DNA of 32,000 nt from Aliivibrio fischeri ES114 (GCF_000011805.1 NC_006840.2), one strand, 5' to 3'. Positions 20,765 through 31,953 are shown, numbered from the stretch's first letter. The notes: generated from the letters alone by a model not told the origin. A program made the numbers and translations.

Positions 20765-21952
20765 TTATCCCTTATCTAACGTTTGTAGAAGTCGTGATTT
20801 AGTCACAACACCAAAGTAATTACCGTTTTTGTCAACGACAGGAACGGAATAAGGAACGTCAGCAACAATACCTAAAATATCATTAATTGGCTGTTCAGGT
20901 GTAAGAGTGACGCCATTTGCCAGTTGAGCACTTATTAATGAATTATGGTCATTATGAGCTTCGCGAAGAGAGTCGACAGAGACTATGCCAGAGTAGTGGT
21001 TACTTTTATCGACAATAATCCCATACTCGCGATCATTATCAATTAAGATTTGAAGAGCTGAAGCTGGGCCATCATGTTCTGATTTTTTAAAAACAGCGGC
21101 AGGTTTTTTTCGTGCAATATCTTTAGCCGTTAAAACGCTAGCAACATTTACACCTCTGAAAAATGCTTCAACATAGTCATTGGCTGGATTATTAAGGATA
21201 TCATCTGGAGTGCCTACTTGAACGACTTCACCATTTTGCATAATAGCAATGCGATCACCGATCCTCATCGCTTCATCAAGATCATGAGAGATAAAAACTA
21301 TCGTGCGTTTATCGTCATTTTGTAAGCGAATGAGCTCGTCTTGCATTTCAGTTCTGATTAAAGGATCAAGAGCAGAAAATGCCTCATCCATTAATAAAAT
21401 ATCTGGATCACAAGCTAATGCTCTAGCAAGACCAACTCGTTGTTTCATACCACCAGATAGTTCATCAGGATAAGATTCAGAATAGGCACCAAGTCCAACT
21501 CTATCTAGCGCTTCTAGTGCACTTGCTTTTCTTTTTTCCGTATCAACTCCTGCGAGTTCTAAACCAAAAGCTGCATTTTCTATGACTGTCATGTGTGGCA
21601 TTAGAGCGAAGTTTTGAAAAACCATGGAGATGTTGTTGCGGCGAACTTGGCGAAGTTCTTCTTCTGAAATGTGGGCGATGTCTTTTCCTCTGAGAAACAC
21701 ATTACCTTTTGTTGGTTCGATAAGTCGATTGAGAAGACGAACTAATGTGGATTTTCCAGAACCAGAAAGTCCCATTATTACGAAAATTTCGCCTTCTTGA
21801 ATACTAAGAGAAACATCATTAACCCCAATCGTTAATCCCGTTTTCTCAAACACTTGATCTTTATTTGCGCCTTTATCAATCATTGAAAATGCACGTTCAG
21901 TGTCTTCTCCAAATACTTTGTACAGTCCCTTAACTTCCAGTATGGGATTCAT
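20765..21952 (-). CDS. proV: Glycine betaine/proline ABC transporter ATP-binding protein
   Basis: 395 aa; Walker [10 protein letters not shown], signature [16 protein letters not shown], Walker [18 protein letters not shown]-terminal CBS domains. Confidence 0.95.
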   Translation of the reverse strand: MNPILEVKGLYKVFGEDTERAFSMIDKGANKDQVFEKTGLTIGVNDVSLSIQEGEIFVIMGLSGSGKSTLVRLLNRLIEPTKGNVFLRGKDIAHISEEELRQVRRNNISMVFQNFALMPHMTVIENAAFGLELAGVDTEKRKASALEALDRVGLGAYSESYPDELSGGMKQRVGLARALACDPDILLMDEAFSALDPLIRTEMQDELIRLQNDDKRTIVFISHDLDEAMRIGDRIAIMQNGEVVQVGTPDDILNNPANDYVEAFFRGVNVASVLTAKDIARKKPAAVFKKSEHDGPASALQILIDNDREYGIIVDKSNHYSGIVSVDSLREAHNDHNSLISAQLANGVTLTPEQPINDILGIVADVPYSVPVVDKNGNYFGVVTKSRLLQTLDKG

Positions 21953-22274
21953 GTTTTAGATCCTTTATTAAAAAATTGCTTAGTACTATAAGTAAAATGC
22001 GGTTGATAATCAAGAGTTACCATATTGTAAAATTATTCACCAAATTCATTTTATTGATAAATGAGTCGCATAAGTGCGAATTTGTATTTTGTAAGCAATT
22101 GATTGTACGTAGTTTAAAGTCTTGGTAATAAGCAATAGTATCAATTTAATAACACGTTGAATCTGGAGATTAGATTGAAAACAAATGAAGTTAATAGAGG
22201 TATTTTGATAATTAATTTGAGTACGAATTAAATTCTAGAGGGGAGGGAACTATGTGCTAATGATCAGTTCTATC

Positions 22275-22314
22275 TTCACTTCGATAAACAATGACATTGT
22301 CTACTCGAAGTGAA
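22275..22314. repeat. Long near-perfect inverted repeat (candidate stem-loop or operator)
   Basis: TTCACTTCGA taa ACAATG a CATTGT ctac TCGAAGTGAA. Confidence 0.85.
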
Positions 22315-22341
22315 TGATATTTTAAAGTGGAAGGGGCGAGG

Positions 22342-23247
22342 TTATTGTAGAAGTTGTTTTAATGCCGATTCTATCCGTGAGTAGCGAAATTTGAATCCTT
22401 CATTAACTAAACGTTTTGGTCTTATACGTTGGCTATCTAAAAGTAATACTGCGGATTCACCTAGAATTGTTTTAATTAATAATTTAGGGGTGAATAAAAA
22501 ATGTGGGCGTTGCAGTGTTCCTGCTAAGGCTTGGCTAAATACGCGGTTGGTTACAGGGTGAGGAGCCGTGATGTTATAAATACCATGGCTTTGCTCTTCA
22601 AAAACTAAGTGTAAGATAGCAGAAACCATATCATCAATATGTATCCATGACATATATTGTTTACCGTTACCGATTGGTCCACCTAAACCGAGTTTGTATG
22701 GGAGTAACATTTTTCCTAGTGCTCCACCAGATTGCGATAACACAATGCCAGTACGCAGTATGCAAACTCGAGTATTGTCGTTTTGAGCTTGGAGTGCTTT
22801 GCTTTCCCATTCTTGACATACTTGATGAGTAAAATCGGGTAGGGATACCTGCATGCTTTCGTCTATGTTCTTATTATCATGATTGCCGTAATAGCCGATA
22901 GCTGATCCAGAAATAAAACAACTAGGTGGAGTTGAAGAGGCAAGACAAAGTTCAGAAAGCTGTTGTGTTAGTTCACATCTACTCTGAATGATTTTTTTCT
23001 TTTGTTTTTTTGTCCATTTTTTATCGGCAATTGGTTCTCCAGCTAGATTGATAATAATATCTATATCATTGAAATTTGGAAAAGATGACAGGTCAGAAAC
23101 AAACTCTACATGTGGTAAAGCAAGGTGGTTTAAAGAAAGTTGGGCTTTTTTTATATTTCGAGTAAGAAGGATTAAGTGATGCCCTTTTAGGTGGTCGAGT
23201 AATTGCTTTCCTATTAATCCTGTACTACCTGTTATGAGTATTTTCAT
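22342..23247 (-). CDS. yfcH: TIGR01777-family NAD-dependent epimerase-like protein YfcH
   Basis: 301 aa; MKILITGSTGLIGKQLLDHLKGH; INLAGEPIADKKWTKKQKKKIIQSR; FISGSAIGYYG; SWIHIDDM. Confidence 0.9.
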   Translation of the reverse strand: MKILITGSTGLIGKQLLDHLKGHHLILLTRNIKKAQLSLNHLALPHVEFVSDLSSFPNFNDIDIIINLAGEPIADKKWTKKQKKKIIQSRCELTQQLSELCLASSTPPSCFISGSAIGYYGNHDNKNIDESMQVSLPDFTHQVCQEWESKALQAQNDNTRVCILRTGIVLSQSGGALGKMLLPYKLGLGGPIGNGKQYMSWIHIDDMVSAILHLVFEEQSHGIYNITAPHPVTNRVFSQALAGTLQRPHFLFTPKLLIKTILGESAVLLLDSQRIRPKRLVNEGFKFRYSRIESALKQLLQ

Positions 23248-23374
23248 CTCGTCTCCTGCAAGATATTTTCGTTATCTGTCTAACTAAGTATAAATTGACT
23301 TCAATGATTGGCAACTTTGCTTACATTTCCTTTATACTTTGTGTTCGCATTATATCGATATTTAAGGACCTTTC

Positions 23375-23926
23375 GTGAAACTATTTTTTGCTTCGGATCT
23401 GCATGGATCTTTACCTGCAACCCAGCGTGTTATTGATACGTTTCTAGCTTCAAAAGCAGATCACCTGATTTTACTTGGGGATTTAATTAATTTTGGTCCA
23501 CGAAACCCATTACCTGAAGGTCACAACCCAATTGCGGTTGCCGAATTATTAAATCAATATGCAGATTCTATCATTGCAGTAAGAGGGAATTGTGACAGTG
23601 AAGTTGATCAGATGTTGCTTTCATTTCCTATCATGTCTGATTATCACATTGTGCTATTACCAACGGGTCAAAAATTATTTTTAACTCATGGCCATATTTA
23701 TAATGCTGATAAGCGACCACCATTGAAAAAAGGCGATATTATCGCTCATGGTCATACGCATATTACGGTTGCTGAGTGGGTTGGAGAGCAAATTATTTTT
23801 AATCCAGGTTCAACAACTTTCCCACGTATTGAAGGGGAGAAAGCAAGTTATGGGTTACTTGATGGGCAGACGTTAAGTGTATGTGACTTTGAAGGTAATA
23901 CTTTGCACTCGATTGATATTCAATAA
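23375..23926 (+). CDS. yfcE: Phosphodiesterase YfcE (calcineurin-like)
   Basis: 183 aa; MKLFFASDLHGSLPAT; LLGDLINFGPRNPLPEGHNP; VRGNCDSEVDQM; HGHTH. Confidence 0.93.
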   Translation: MKLFFASDLHGSLPATQRVIDTFLASKADHLILLGDLINFGPRNPLPEGHNPIAVAELLNQYADSIIAVRGNCDSEVDQMLLSFPIMSDYHIVLLPTGQKLFLTHGHIYNADKRPPLKKGDIIAHGHTHITVAEWVGEQIIFNPGSTTFPRIEGEKASYGLLDGQTLSVCDFEGNTLHSIDIQ

Positions 23927-23943
23927 TTATATTTTTTAGATAT

Positions 23944-23976
23944 AAAAAAAGAAGCGTAATAATCGCTTCTTTTTTA
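23944..23976. terminator. Bidirectional terminator between yfcE and toxS
   Basis: AAAAAAAGAAGCG taataat CGCTTCTTTTTTT. Confidence 0.85.
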
Positions 23977-23993
23977 TTAGTTTGAAATCATTG

Positions 23994-24539
23994 TTAATGC
24001 GAAAATAGAATACCAGAACCGTAATTTAAGCTCGTTAGCAATAATGTTTTGTCATTAACCACATCAACTCGCTTACTTTGTTGAGCATCCATTCTGAAAA
24101 CTCGCATAATCAGCTTTTTCTGAGATCCTGAAAAGTTTTTGTTGTCACTAGCAGTAACATCTTTAAATTCAGTAGGGTCAATAAGTAAATAATCACCGCT
24201 GTAATCCCAATTACCAGTCTCCATTACATTGATTGTTAATGGGTGAATTTCATCAGCTAATCCACTGTAAATCGTTAATGTAGATGACTTTGAATAGGTT
24301 TTATTTGGTAAATAAACCACGTTAGATTTAATATCAGCACGTTTAAGTGGGCCCATATCCTCATAGTCTGTGTCTATTCGAACTGTGCTCATACTTTGCC
24401 ATTCTTTAGATATTAATAGCTGTTCTACTTTACTGTCGCTTTTCCAATAAAACCATGCACTACCTATTATTGAGATAGTTAGCAGGATTAAGGGTAATAA
24501 ACGTTTGAATAGAGGTAACTGCTCTTTGTTTATCCACAT
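23994..24539 (-). CDS. toxS: Transmembrane regulatory protein ToxS
   Basis: 181 aa; N-terminal TM; SKEWQSM, KSNVVYLPNKTY, LLIDPTEFKDVTASDNKNFS, MDAQQSKRVDVVNDKTLLLTSL match ToxS; overlaps toxR by 10 bp. Confidence 0.9.
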   Translation of the reverse strand: MWINKEQLPLFKRLLPLILLTISIIGSAWFYWKSDSKVEQLLISKEWQSMSTVRIDTDYEDMGPLKRADIKSNVVYLPNKTYSKSSTLTIYSGLADEIHPLTINVMETGNWDYSGDYLLIDPTEFKDVTASDNKNFSGSQKKLIMRVFRMDAQQSKRVDVVNDKTLLLTSLNYGSGILFSH

Positions 24540-25411
24540 ACCTTATCCACCCCTTTTTGATCAATTAGCAAGCGTACACTGATGCTTTGATCACTGTGTT
24601 CTTCGCTATGTATATAATTTAATGTAATTTGATTTGGTTGACCGCTAGTGGCAATAACTTCAATTGGTTTTAATGAATCAGTGTGCTTTGAATTATAAAA
24701 ATTTGTACATTGCTCAATAAGAGGTTTCCACTGTTCGATACTAGGGTGGTTAACCGGAACAAAAACAGGCGTATTATCATAATTAGCAACTTGAACAAAA
24801 GCATCTGATTTTGGCGTATGATTGACATAAGCAATAATAGGCAAAACAAAAGCAATAATAAGCATTATTGTGCCTAAAAGAGATAGATGTGCTTGTGGTG
24901 CTGAATTAGTCGTAGATGGCTGATTTATTGTTGCGTTTTGTTGCGGTGCCACAGCTTGTGCTTCTTGAGCATCATCTTGATGCACTGAAGCGGTATTTAG
25001 AGAATCGATTGACGGAGTATTCTCTAAATTGTGTTCAGTTTCAACTTCTGTTTGCTGGTCAGGATCGACTTGAGCAACAGCTGTTGAAATAAATTGATAA
25101 CCACGTTTTGGTACTGTTTTGACATAAACAGGTAACTTGGTTGGGTCTTGGAGCATCTTCCTTAATGTAGAGATAGCTTGAGTTAAACTTGAATCATCAA
25201 CTTCAAAGCCTTGATCTCTCCAAACATACTCATGTAATTCGTGACGGCTAACAACCTTCCCTGGTTCTTGAATCAGCAGGCTTAAAACTCGACTTTCATT
25301 ACCACCCAAGCGAATAATCTCATCATCATTTAGAGTATCAATAAGACTATTGTCGTTTGGATCGAAGAGAAACCGGTCGCCAATAATAATTTTGTTATTT
25401 TCTGTATTCAT
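24530..25411 (-). CDS. toxR: Transmembrane transcriptional regulator ToxR
   Basis: 293 aa; N-terminal OmpR-like winged helix (LGGNESRVLSLLIQEPGKVVSRHELHEYVWRDQGFEVDDSSLTQAISTLRKMLQDPTK), central TM, periplasmic domain with two cysteines; divergent from htpG. Confidence 0.93.
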   Translation of the reverse strand: MNTENNKIIIGDRFLFDPNDNSLIDTLNDDEIIRLGGNESRVLSLLIQEPGKVVSRHELHEYVWRDQGFEVDDSSLTQAISTLRKMLQDPTKLPVYVKTVPKRGYQFISTAVAQVDPDQQTEVETEHNLENTPSIDSLNTASVHQDDAQEAQAVAPQQNATINQPSTTNSAPQAHLSLLGTIMLIIAFVLPIIAYVNHTPKSDAFVQVANYDNTPVFVPVNHPSIEQWKPLIEQCTNFYNSKHTDSLKPIEVIATSGQPNQITLNYIHSEEHSDQSISVRLLIDQKGVDKVCG

Positions 25412-25564
25412 CGGTTATTAACTCAGTAGTGGCAGTTCTTAGATATGATAAAGAGTATCACTTTTAGAATGTCTATATTATGTCAAAATTTATCATTAAT
25501 CATTTTTGATCTATAAAAAAAGCAAAAAAACAGCAAAAAATCTGCCTGTTTTACATATCTTTAC

Positions 25565-25592
25565 CTTGAATTGCTGTTTTATGACCCTATTT
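25565..25592 (+). promoter_or_regulatory. Sigma-32 (heat shock) promoter of htpG
   Basis: CTTGAA-N14-CCCTATTT, close to consensus CTTGAAA-N11-16-CCCCATNT, about 50 bp upstream of the htpG start. Confidence 0.78.
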
Positions 25593-25642
25593 CAATATGT
25601 AAGTGTAAATAATGTTACCTCTTAATATATTGGAGTTTTTAG

Positions 25643-27538
25643 ATGAGTGAGCAAACTGCTAATAAAGAAACACGTGGATTTCAATCAGAAGTAAAACAGT
25701 TACTTCATTTAATGATTCACTCTTTATATTCAAATAAAGAGATCTTTTTGCGTGAACTAATCTCAAATGCTTCTGATGCATCAGATAAGTTACGTTTTAA
25801 AGCGCTATCAAATGGCGACTTATATGAAGGTAATGCCGATCTTGGTGTTAAATTATCTTTTAACGAGGCTGCAAATACATTAACCATTTCAGATAATGGT
25901 ATTGGTATGAGTCGTGAGGATGTGATTGAACATTTAGGTACGATTGCAAAATCGGGAACGGCTGATTTTTTCTCTAAATTATCTGAAGATCAGAGTAAAG
26001 ACTCTCAACTTATCGGTCAATTTGGTGTAGGTTTTTACTCTGCATTTATTGTTGCTGATGCGGTTACGGTTCGTACGCGTGCTGCAGGTTCTGAAAAAGA
26101 TCAAGGTGTTCAATGGCACTCAGAGGGTGAAGGTGATTACACCATTGAAGACATTACAAAAGAAAGTCGCGGTACAGATATCATTCTTCATATGCGTGAA
26201 GAAGGTAAAGAATTTCTAAATGAGTGGCGTTTAAAAGAAGTGATTGGTAAATACTCTGATCACATCGGTATCCCTGTCTCTATCTGGACTGTTGAAAAAG
26301 ACGAAGAAGGAAAAGATAAAGAAGGTAAATGGGAACAAGTAAATAAAGCTCAAGCACTTTGGACTCGTAGTAAATCAGATATTGAAGATGCTGAATACCA
26401 AGAGTTCTATAAGCATGTTTCTCATGATTTTGCTGATCCATTAACTTGGAGTCACAACAAAGTAGAAGGTAAAAATGACTACACGAGCCTTCTATATATT
26501 CCGGCAAAAGCACCATTTGATATGATGAACCGTGATCATAAAAGTGGTCTAAAACTATATGTTCAACGTGTCTTCATTATGGACGATGCTGAGCAATTTA
26601 TGCCAACGTATCTACGTTTTGTTAAGGGGTTAATTGACTCAAATGATTTACCTTTAAACGTATCGCGTGAGATTCTTCAAGATAATAAAGTAACTCAATC
26701 ATTACGTAGTGCATGTACAAAACGTGTACTGGGTATGCTTGAGAAAATGGCGAAAAAAGACGATGAAAAGTACCTTACTTTCTGGAAACAATTTGGCCAA
26801 GTTTTAAAAGAAGGCTTAGCTGAAGACTTGGCTAATAAAGAAAAAATTGCTGGGTTATTACGCTTTGCAACGACAGAAAAAGACAGTTCAGAGCAAGCTC
26901 TAGGTCTTGCTGGCTATGTTGAGCGTATGAAAGAAGAACAAGATAAGATCTTCTATCTAACAGCTGACAGCTATGCTGCTGCGAAAAACAGTCCACACCT
27001 AGAGCAATTTAAAGCAAAAGGTATTGAAGTTGTTCTGATGTATGACCGTATCGATGAGTGGCTAATGAGCTACTTAACCGAATTTGACGGTAAGCAATTC
27101 CAATCAATCACAAAAGCGGGCTTAGATTTAAGCAAGTTTGAAGATGAAGCGGAAAAAGAAAAACATAAAGAGACTGAAGAAGAGTTTAAGTCAGTTGTTG
27201 AGCGTACAAAGTCATATTTAGGCGATCGAGTTAAAGAAGTTCGTACTACGTTCAAATTAGCAACGACACCAGCGGTTGTTGTTACTGATGACTTTGAAAT
27301 GGGTACTCAAATGGCAAAACTGTTGGAAGCTGCAGGTCAAGCTGCGCCAGAAGTGAAGTACATTTTTGAAATTAATCCAGACCATGCTTTAGTAAAACAA
27401 ATGGCAGATGAAGCTGACGAAGAAGCATTTGGCCGTTGGGTTGAGATGTTACTTGGTCAAGCGATGCTTGCTGAACGAGGCTCTTTAGAAGATCCGTCGC
27501 AGTTCTTAAGTGCAATGAATCAACTGCTAGCAAAATAA
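25643..27538 (+). CDS. htpG: Molecular chaperone HtpG (Hsp90)
   Basis: 631 aa; [29 protein letters not shown]; [15 protein letters not shown]; [10 protein letters not shown]. Confidence 0.98.
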   Translation: MSEQTANKETRGFQSEVKQLLHLMIHSLYSNKEIFLRELISNASDASDKLRFKALSNGDLYEGNADLGVKLSFNEAANTLTISDNGIGMSREDVIEHLGTIAKSGTADFFSKLSEDQSKDSQLIGQFGVGFYSAFIVADAVTVRTRAAGSEKDQGVQWHSEGEGDYTIEDITKESRGTDIILHMREEGKEFLNEWRLKEVIGKYSDHIGIPVSIWTVEKDEEGKDKEGKWEQVNKAQALWTRSKSDIEDAEYQEFYKHVSHDFADPLTWSHNKVEGKNDYTSLLYIPAKAPFDMMNRDHKSGLKLYVQRVFIMDDAEQFMPTYLRFVKGLIDSNDLPLNVSREILQDNKVTQSLRSACTKRVLGMLEKMAKKDDEKYLTFWKQFGQVLKEGLAEDLANKEKIAGLLRFATTEKDSSEQALGLAGYVERMKEEQDKIFYLTADSYAAAKNSPHLEQFKAKGIEVVLMYDRIDEWLMSYLTEFDGKQFQSITKAGLDLSKFEDEAEKEKHKETEEEFKSVVERTKSYLGDRVKEVRTTFKLATTPAVVVTDDFEMGTQMAKLLEAAGQAAPEVKYIFEINPDHALVKQMADEADEEAFGRWVEMLLGQAMLAERGSLEDPSQFLSAMNQLLAK

Positions 27539-27560
27539 CGATTATTTGTGCTAAATAAAA

Positions 27561-27593
27561 TGAGACCTTAGTAAAGATAACACTAAGGTCTCA
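27561..27593 (+). terminator. Stem-loop downstream of htpG
   Basis: TGAGACCTTAGT aaagataac ACTAAGGTCTCA, followed by TTGTCTTT (weak U-tract). Confidence 0.6.
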
Positions 27594-27769
27594 TTGTCTT
27601 TAATGACGAAAATACACACAATTTAAGAGTCAGTTTTTGCTTTTTTAATTGCAAACTTGATAGCTTTCACAGTTACGTGTATCTTCACGGCTTATTTTTT
27701 AGAAATAAAACTTATACCTAAGTTTATAAATATAGGTTAGGTAACTTTTATTTGTAAGGTTTGGTATAA

Positions 27770-28444
<675 letters not shown>

Positions 28445-28476
28445 TCTTACGTAGTCAGTAATTTATTGCTATATTG

Positions 28477-28504
28477 AAGCGGCCTTTTATAGGTCGCTTT
28501 TTTT
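28477..28504 (+). terminator. Terminator between adk and hemH
   Basis: GCGGCC ttttata GGTCGC TTTTTTT (one G-U pair). Confidence 0.7.
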
Positions 28505-28523
28505 ATGGAAAATAAATAGGTAA

Positions 28524-29498
28524 TTGACAGTGAATAATAAAAAGACAGGGGTGTTGCTGGTTAATCTTGGAACACCAACAGCGCCAACAGCTGCTGCGGT
28601 AAAACAATTTTTATCAGAATTTTTACATGATAAGCGAGTGGTGGATATGAATCGCTTCATATGGTGCCCATTGCTTCATGGTGTCATTCTTCCTATACGC
28701 GCTCCGAAAGTTGCTAAGTTGTATGAAAGCGTTTGGATGGAAGAGGGATCTCCATTATTAGTGTATTCACAACGACAGGTAAAAGCATTAGAAGCACGCC
28801 TTTCTATGCCTGTAGCTTTAGGAATGACTTATGGTGAACCAAGAATTAAATCTGGTATTGAGTCATTAGAACAACAAGGCTGTGATGAGATAATTATTTT
28901 ACCTTTGTATCCGCAATACTCTCGTACTACAACTGCAGCTGTTTTTGATCAAATTGCAAAACAATACAAAACGACACCTGTACTACCCAATTTCACCATG
29001 ATTCATAATTACCATGATCACCCTTTGTACATTAAAGCACTTGCAAACTCCGTCCGTCAGTCGTGGGAACGGAATGGAAAGGGGGATTATGTTCTTTGCT
29101 CATACCACGGCATTCCACAACGTTTTGTTGATAATGGCGATATTTATGCAGCGCATTGTGAAAGAACAACCGAATTATTAGCACAAGAGCTAGGGTTAAC
29201 TTCTGAACAAATTGGTATGAGTTATCAATCTCGTTTCGGGCGTGAAGAGTGGTTAAAACCATACACTTCTGAAACATTAAAAGCGCTTGCGCCAAAAGGA
29301 ATTAAATCACTAGACATTATTAGCCCTGCTTTTTCGTCTGATTGCCTAGAGACGTTAGAAGAACTTTCTGAAGAGTGTAAAGAGATTTTCATGGAGTCTG
29401 GTGGTCAAAAATACACCTTTATTCCGTGTTTAAATGATGATGAATTACACATTGAAATGATGGCAGATATTGTTAGTAGCAAAATTTTTAATAAATAA
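28524..29498 (+). CDS. hemH: Ferrochelatase
   Basis: 324 aa; [26 protein letters not shown]; [11 protein letters not shown]; [10 protein letters not shown]; [14 protein letters not shown]. Confidence 0.97.
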
Positions 29499-29710
29499 CG
29501 GTTATTTTAAGAAAAAAATCGTTAATAAGGGTTGAAAAGTACTACTTATTCCCCAATTTCTCATTAAAGATTATCAACAAGTGTAGTGAGCCTCGACATA
29601 GAAACGTCAGATCGCTACAATATCGCGTCTTATTTTGCCACTTGGCTAAATGACGTATTTTGATTGCTAAAATACGTATTTGCTTTTGATATAAAAGCAA
29701 ATAAAAGGAA

Positions 29711-29817
29711 GGTACCCTGAGGTATCACGAATCATAGGGGTTGCGGTCTATTTTTATAGTCCCGTGACACAAGGATGCGACACGTTTTGTTTTGTCGCAA
29801 ACTCAGAGAACCTGAGT
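29711..29817 (+). promoter_or_regulatory. Candidate structured 5' leader of tig
   Basis: Consecutive hairpins: GTaTCACG...CGTGAcAC enclosing GGtCTAT tttt ATAGtCC; TGCGACA...TGTCGCA; ACTCAG agaac CTGAGT. Confidence 0.5.
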
Positions 29818-29839
29818 CGATTTTGAGGTTTATATAAAC

Positions 29840-31138
29840 ATGCAAGTTACCGTTGAAACTAAAGAAGGCCTAGAGCGCGTTCTAACTATCACTGTTCCAG
29901 CAGCAAACATTGAAGATGCAGTATCTGCTGAGCTTCGTAATATCGCTAAAAATCGTCGCTTCGATGGCTTCCGTAAAGGTAAAGTGCCAATGAAGATGGT
30001 TGCGAAAATGTATGGTCAAGCGGTACGCAATGACGTGATGGGTGAAGTTATGCAACGTCACTTCATCGAAGCTATCGTAAAAGAGAAAATCAACCCAGCG
30101 GGTGCTCCAACTTTTACTCCAGTTGAATTTGCTGAAGGTAAAGATCTAGTTTTCACTGCTTCTTTTGAAGTTTACCCAGAAGTTGCTCTTCAAGGTCTAG
30201 ACAAAGTTGTTGTTGAAAAACCACAAGTTGAAGTTAAAGACGAAGACGTAGCAGAAATGCTAGAAACTCTACGTAAGCAACAATCTACTTGGGCTGACGC
30301 TGATATCGCTGCTGAAGACGGTACTCGCGCTACAATCAACTTTGTTGGTTCTATCGACGGTGAAGAGTTTGAAGGCGGTAAAGCTGAAAACTTCCCTCTA
30401 GAAATGGGCCAAGGTCGTATGATCCCTGGTTTTGAAGATGGCATCAAAGGTAAGAAAGCTGGTGAAGAACTAACTATCGACGTTAACTTCCCTGAAGAAT
30501 ACCACGCAGAAAACCTAAAAGGTAAAGCTGCACAATTCGCTATCAAAGTAGTGAAAGTTGAATCTCGTGAGCTTCCTGAGCTAAACGATGAGTTCGTTGC
30601 TAAGTTCGGCGCTGAAGGTGGTGTTGAAGGTCTTAAAGCTGAAGTTCGTAAGAACATGGAGCGTGAACTAGCTCAAGCTGTTAAGAACAAGATCAAAGAA
30701 CAAGCAATCAACGGTCTAGTTGAGCAAAACAACATTGACGTACCTTCTGCTCTAATCGATCAAGAAGTTCAAGTTTTACGTCAACAAGCAGTTCAACGTT
30801 TCGGTGGCAACGCTGACACAGCTCCTGAGCTTCCACGTGAACTATTTGAAGAACAAGCTAAACGTCGCGTAGTTGTAGGTCTTCTTCTTGGTGAAGTTAT
30901 CAAGTCTGAAGAACTAAAAGCTGATGATGAGAAAGTAAAAGCGCTTATCAACGAAATGGCTTCTGCATACGAAGATCCAACAGAAGTTGTTGCTTACTAC
31001 GAAGGCAACGAGCAAATGATGAACAACATGCGTAATGTTGCTCTAGAAGAACAAGCTGTTGAAGCTATCCTAGCTAAAGCACAAGTTTCTGAAAAAGCAT
31101 TTGGCTTTAACGAACTAATGAATCAACAACCTGCTTAA
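29840..31138 (+). CDS. tig: Trigger factor
   Basis: 432 aa; [21 protein letters not shown]; [15 protein letters not shown] ribosome-binding signature; FKBP-type PPIase domain. Confidence 0.98.
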   Translation: MQVTVETKEGLERVLTITVPAANIEDAVSAELRNIAKNRRFDGFRKGKVPMKMVAKMYGQAVRNDVMGEVMQRHFIEAIVKEKINPAGAPTFTPVEFAEGKDLVFTASFEVYPEVALQGLDKVVVEKPQVEVKDEDVAEMLETLRKQQSTWADADIAAEDGTRATINFVGSIDGEEFEGGKAENFPLEMGQGRMIPGFEDGIKGKKAGEELTIDVNFPEEYHAENLKGKAAQFAIKVVKVESRELPELNDEFVAKFGAEGGVEGLKAEVRKNMERELAQAVKNKIKEQAINGLVEQNNIDVPSALIDQEVQVLRQQAVQRFGGNADTAPELPRELFEEQAKRRVVVGLLLGEVIKSEELKADDEKVKALINEMASAYEDPTEVVAYYEGNEQMMNNMRNVALEEQAVEAILAKAQVSEKAFGFNELMNQQPA

Positions 31139-31190
31139 TTTCTAAATTAATTAAGTAGTTAGTTGACTTAGTTTCACAAGATCTGCTAAT

Positions 31191-31228
31191 AATGGTCCGA
31201 ATGAAGCGTCATTCGGACCATTTATTTT
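31191..31228 (+). terminator. Terminator between tig and clpP
   Basis: AATGGTCCGAATGA agcg TCATTCGGACCATT TTATTT. Confidence 0.8.
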
Positions 31229-31243
31229 ATAAGGGATACGGTT

Positions 31244-31867
31244 ATGAGCTATCAAGAAAACAATGCAATGCCTTCTATTATGGATGCACTTGTTCCTATG
31301 GTTGTTGAGCAAACTTCACGTGGTGAGCGTTCGTATGATATTTATTCCCGTCTGTTAAAAGAGCGAGTTATCTTTTTAACAGGTCAAGTTGAAGATCACA
31401 TGGCTAACCTAGTTGTAGCACAGTTGCTTTTCCTTGAGTCTGAGAACCCTGATAAGGATATCTTCCTATACATTAATTCTCCAGGTGGTTCTGTTACTGC
31501 GGGTATGTCTATTTACGACACAATGCAGTTCATCAAGCCAAACGTGAGTACAGTATGTATGGGTCAAGCATGTTCTATGGGTGCCTTCTTACTTGCAGGT
31601 GGTGCTCCTGGTAAGCGTTATGTATTACCAAATTCACGTGTGATGATTCACCAACCACTAGGTGGTTTCCAAGGCCAAGCGTCTGATATTCAAATTCATG
31701 CTCAAGAAATCTTAACGATTAAGAAGAAATTGAATACGTTGCTTGCAGAGCACACAGGTCAGCCTTTGGAAGTGATTGAACAAGATACAGATCGTGATAA
31801 TTTCATGTCAGCAGATGATGCTGTGAAATACGGTCTTGTAGATGCTGTGTTAAATAAGCGTGACTAA
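31244..31867 (+). CDS. clpP: ATP-dependent Clp protease proteolytic subunit
   Basis: 207 aa; [24 protein letters not shown]; [16 protein letters not shown]; [11 protein letters not shown]. Confidence 0.98.
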   Translation: MSYQENNAMPSIMDALVPMVVEQTSRGERSYDIYSRLLKERVIFLTGQVEDHMANLVVAQLLFLESENPDKDIFLYINSPGGSVTAGMSIYDTMQFIKPNVSTVCMGQACSMGAFLLAGGAPGKRYVLPNSRVMIHQPLGGFQGQASDIQIHAQEILTIKKKLNTLLAEHTGQPLEVIEQDTDRDNFMSADDAVKYGLVDAVLNKRD

Positions 31868-31953
31868 TTCATAAAAAAGCAGTAACGTTTACAGCAAAGA
31901 AGGTAAGTTAGTATAAACTTACAGCATAAAGGCAACGTTTAAGAGGTTAGCAA

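Noticed and set aside
22647-23179. Plus-strand ORFs 22647..22832 and 22988..23179
   Set aside because: Antisense to yfcH, no supporting signals.
24670-24855. 61-aa minus-strand ORF
   Set aside because: Alternate frame inside toxR.
26280-27255. Minus-strand ORFs 26280..26516 and 27070..27255
   Set aside because: Antisense to htpG.
27690-27760. ATAAAACTTATACCTAA...TTAGGTAACTTTTAT partial dyad in the adk leader
   Set aside because: Imperfect pairing in AT-rich sequence; cannot be distinguished from chance by eye.
29032-29295. 87-aa minus-strand ORF
   Set aside because: Antisense to hemH.
30190-30657. 155-aa minus-strand ORF
   Set aside because: Long but exactly antisense to tig, Ser/Pro-rich artefact of GA-rich coding sequence on the opposite strand.
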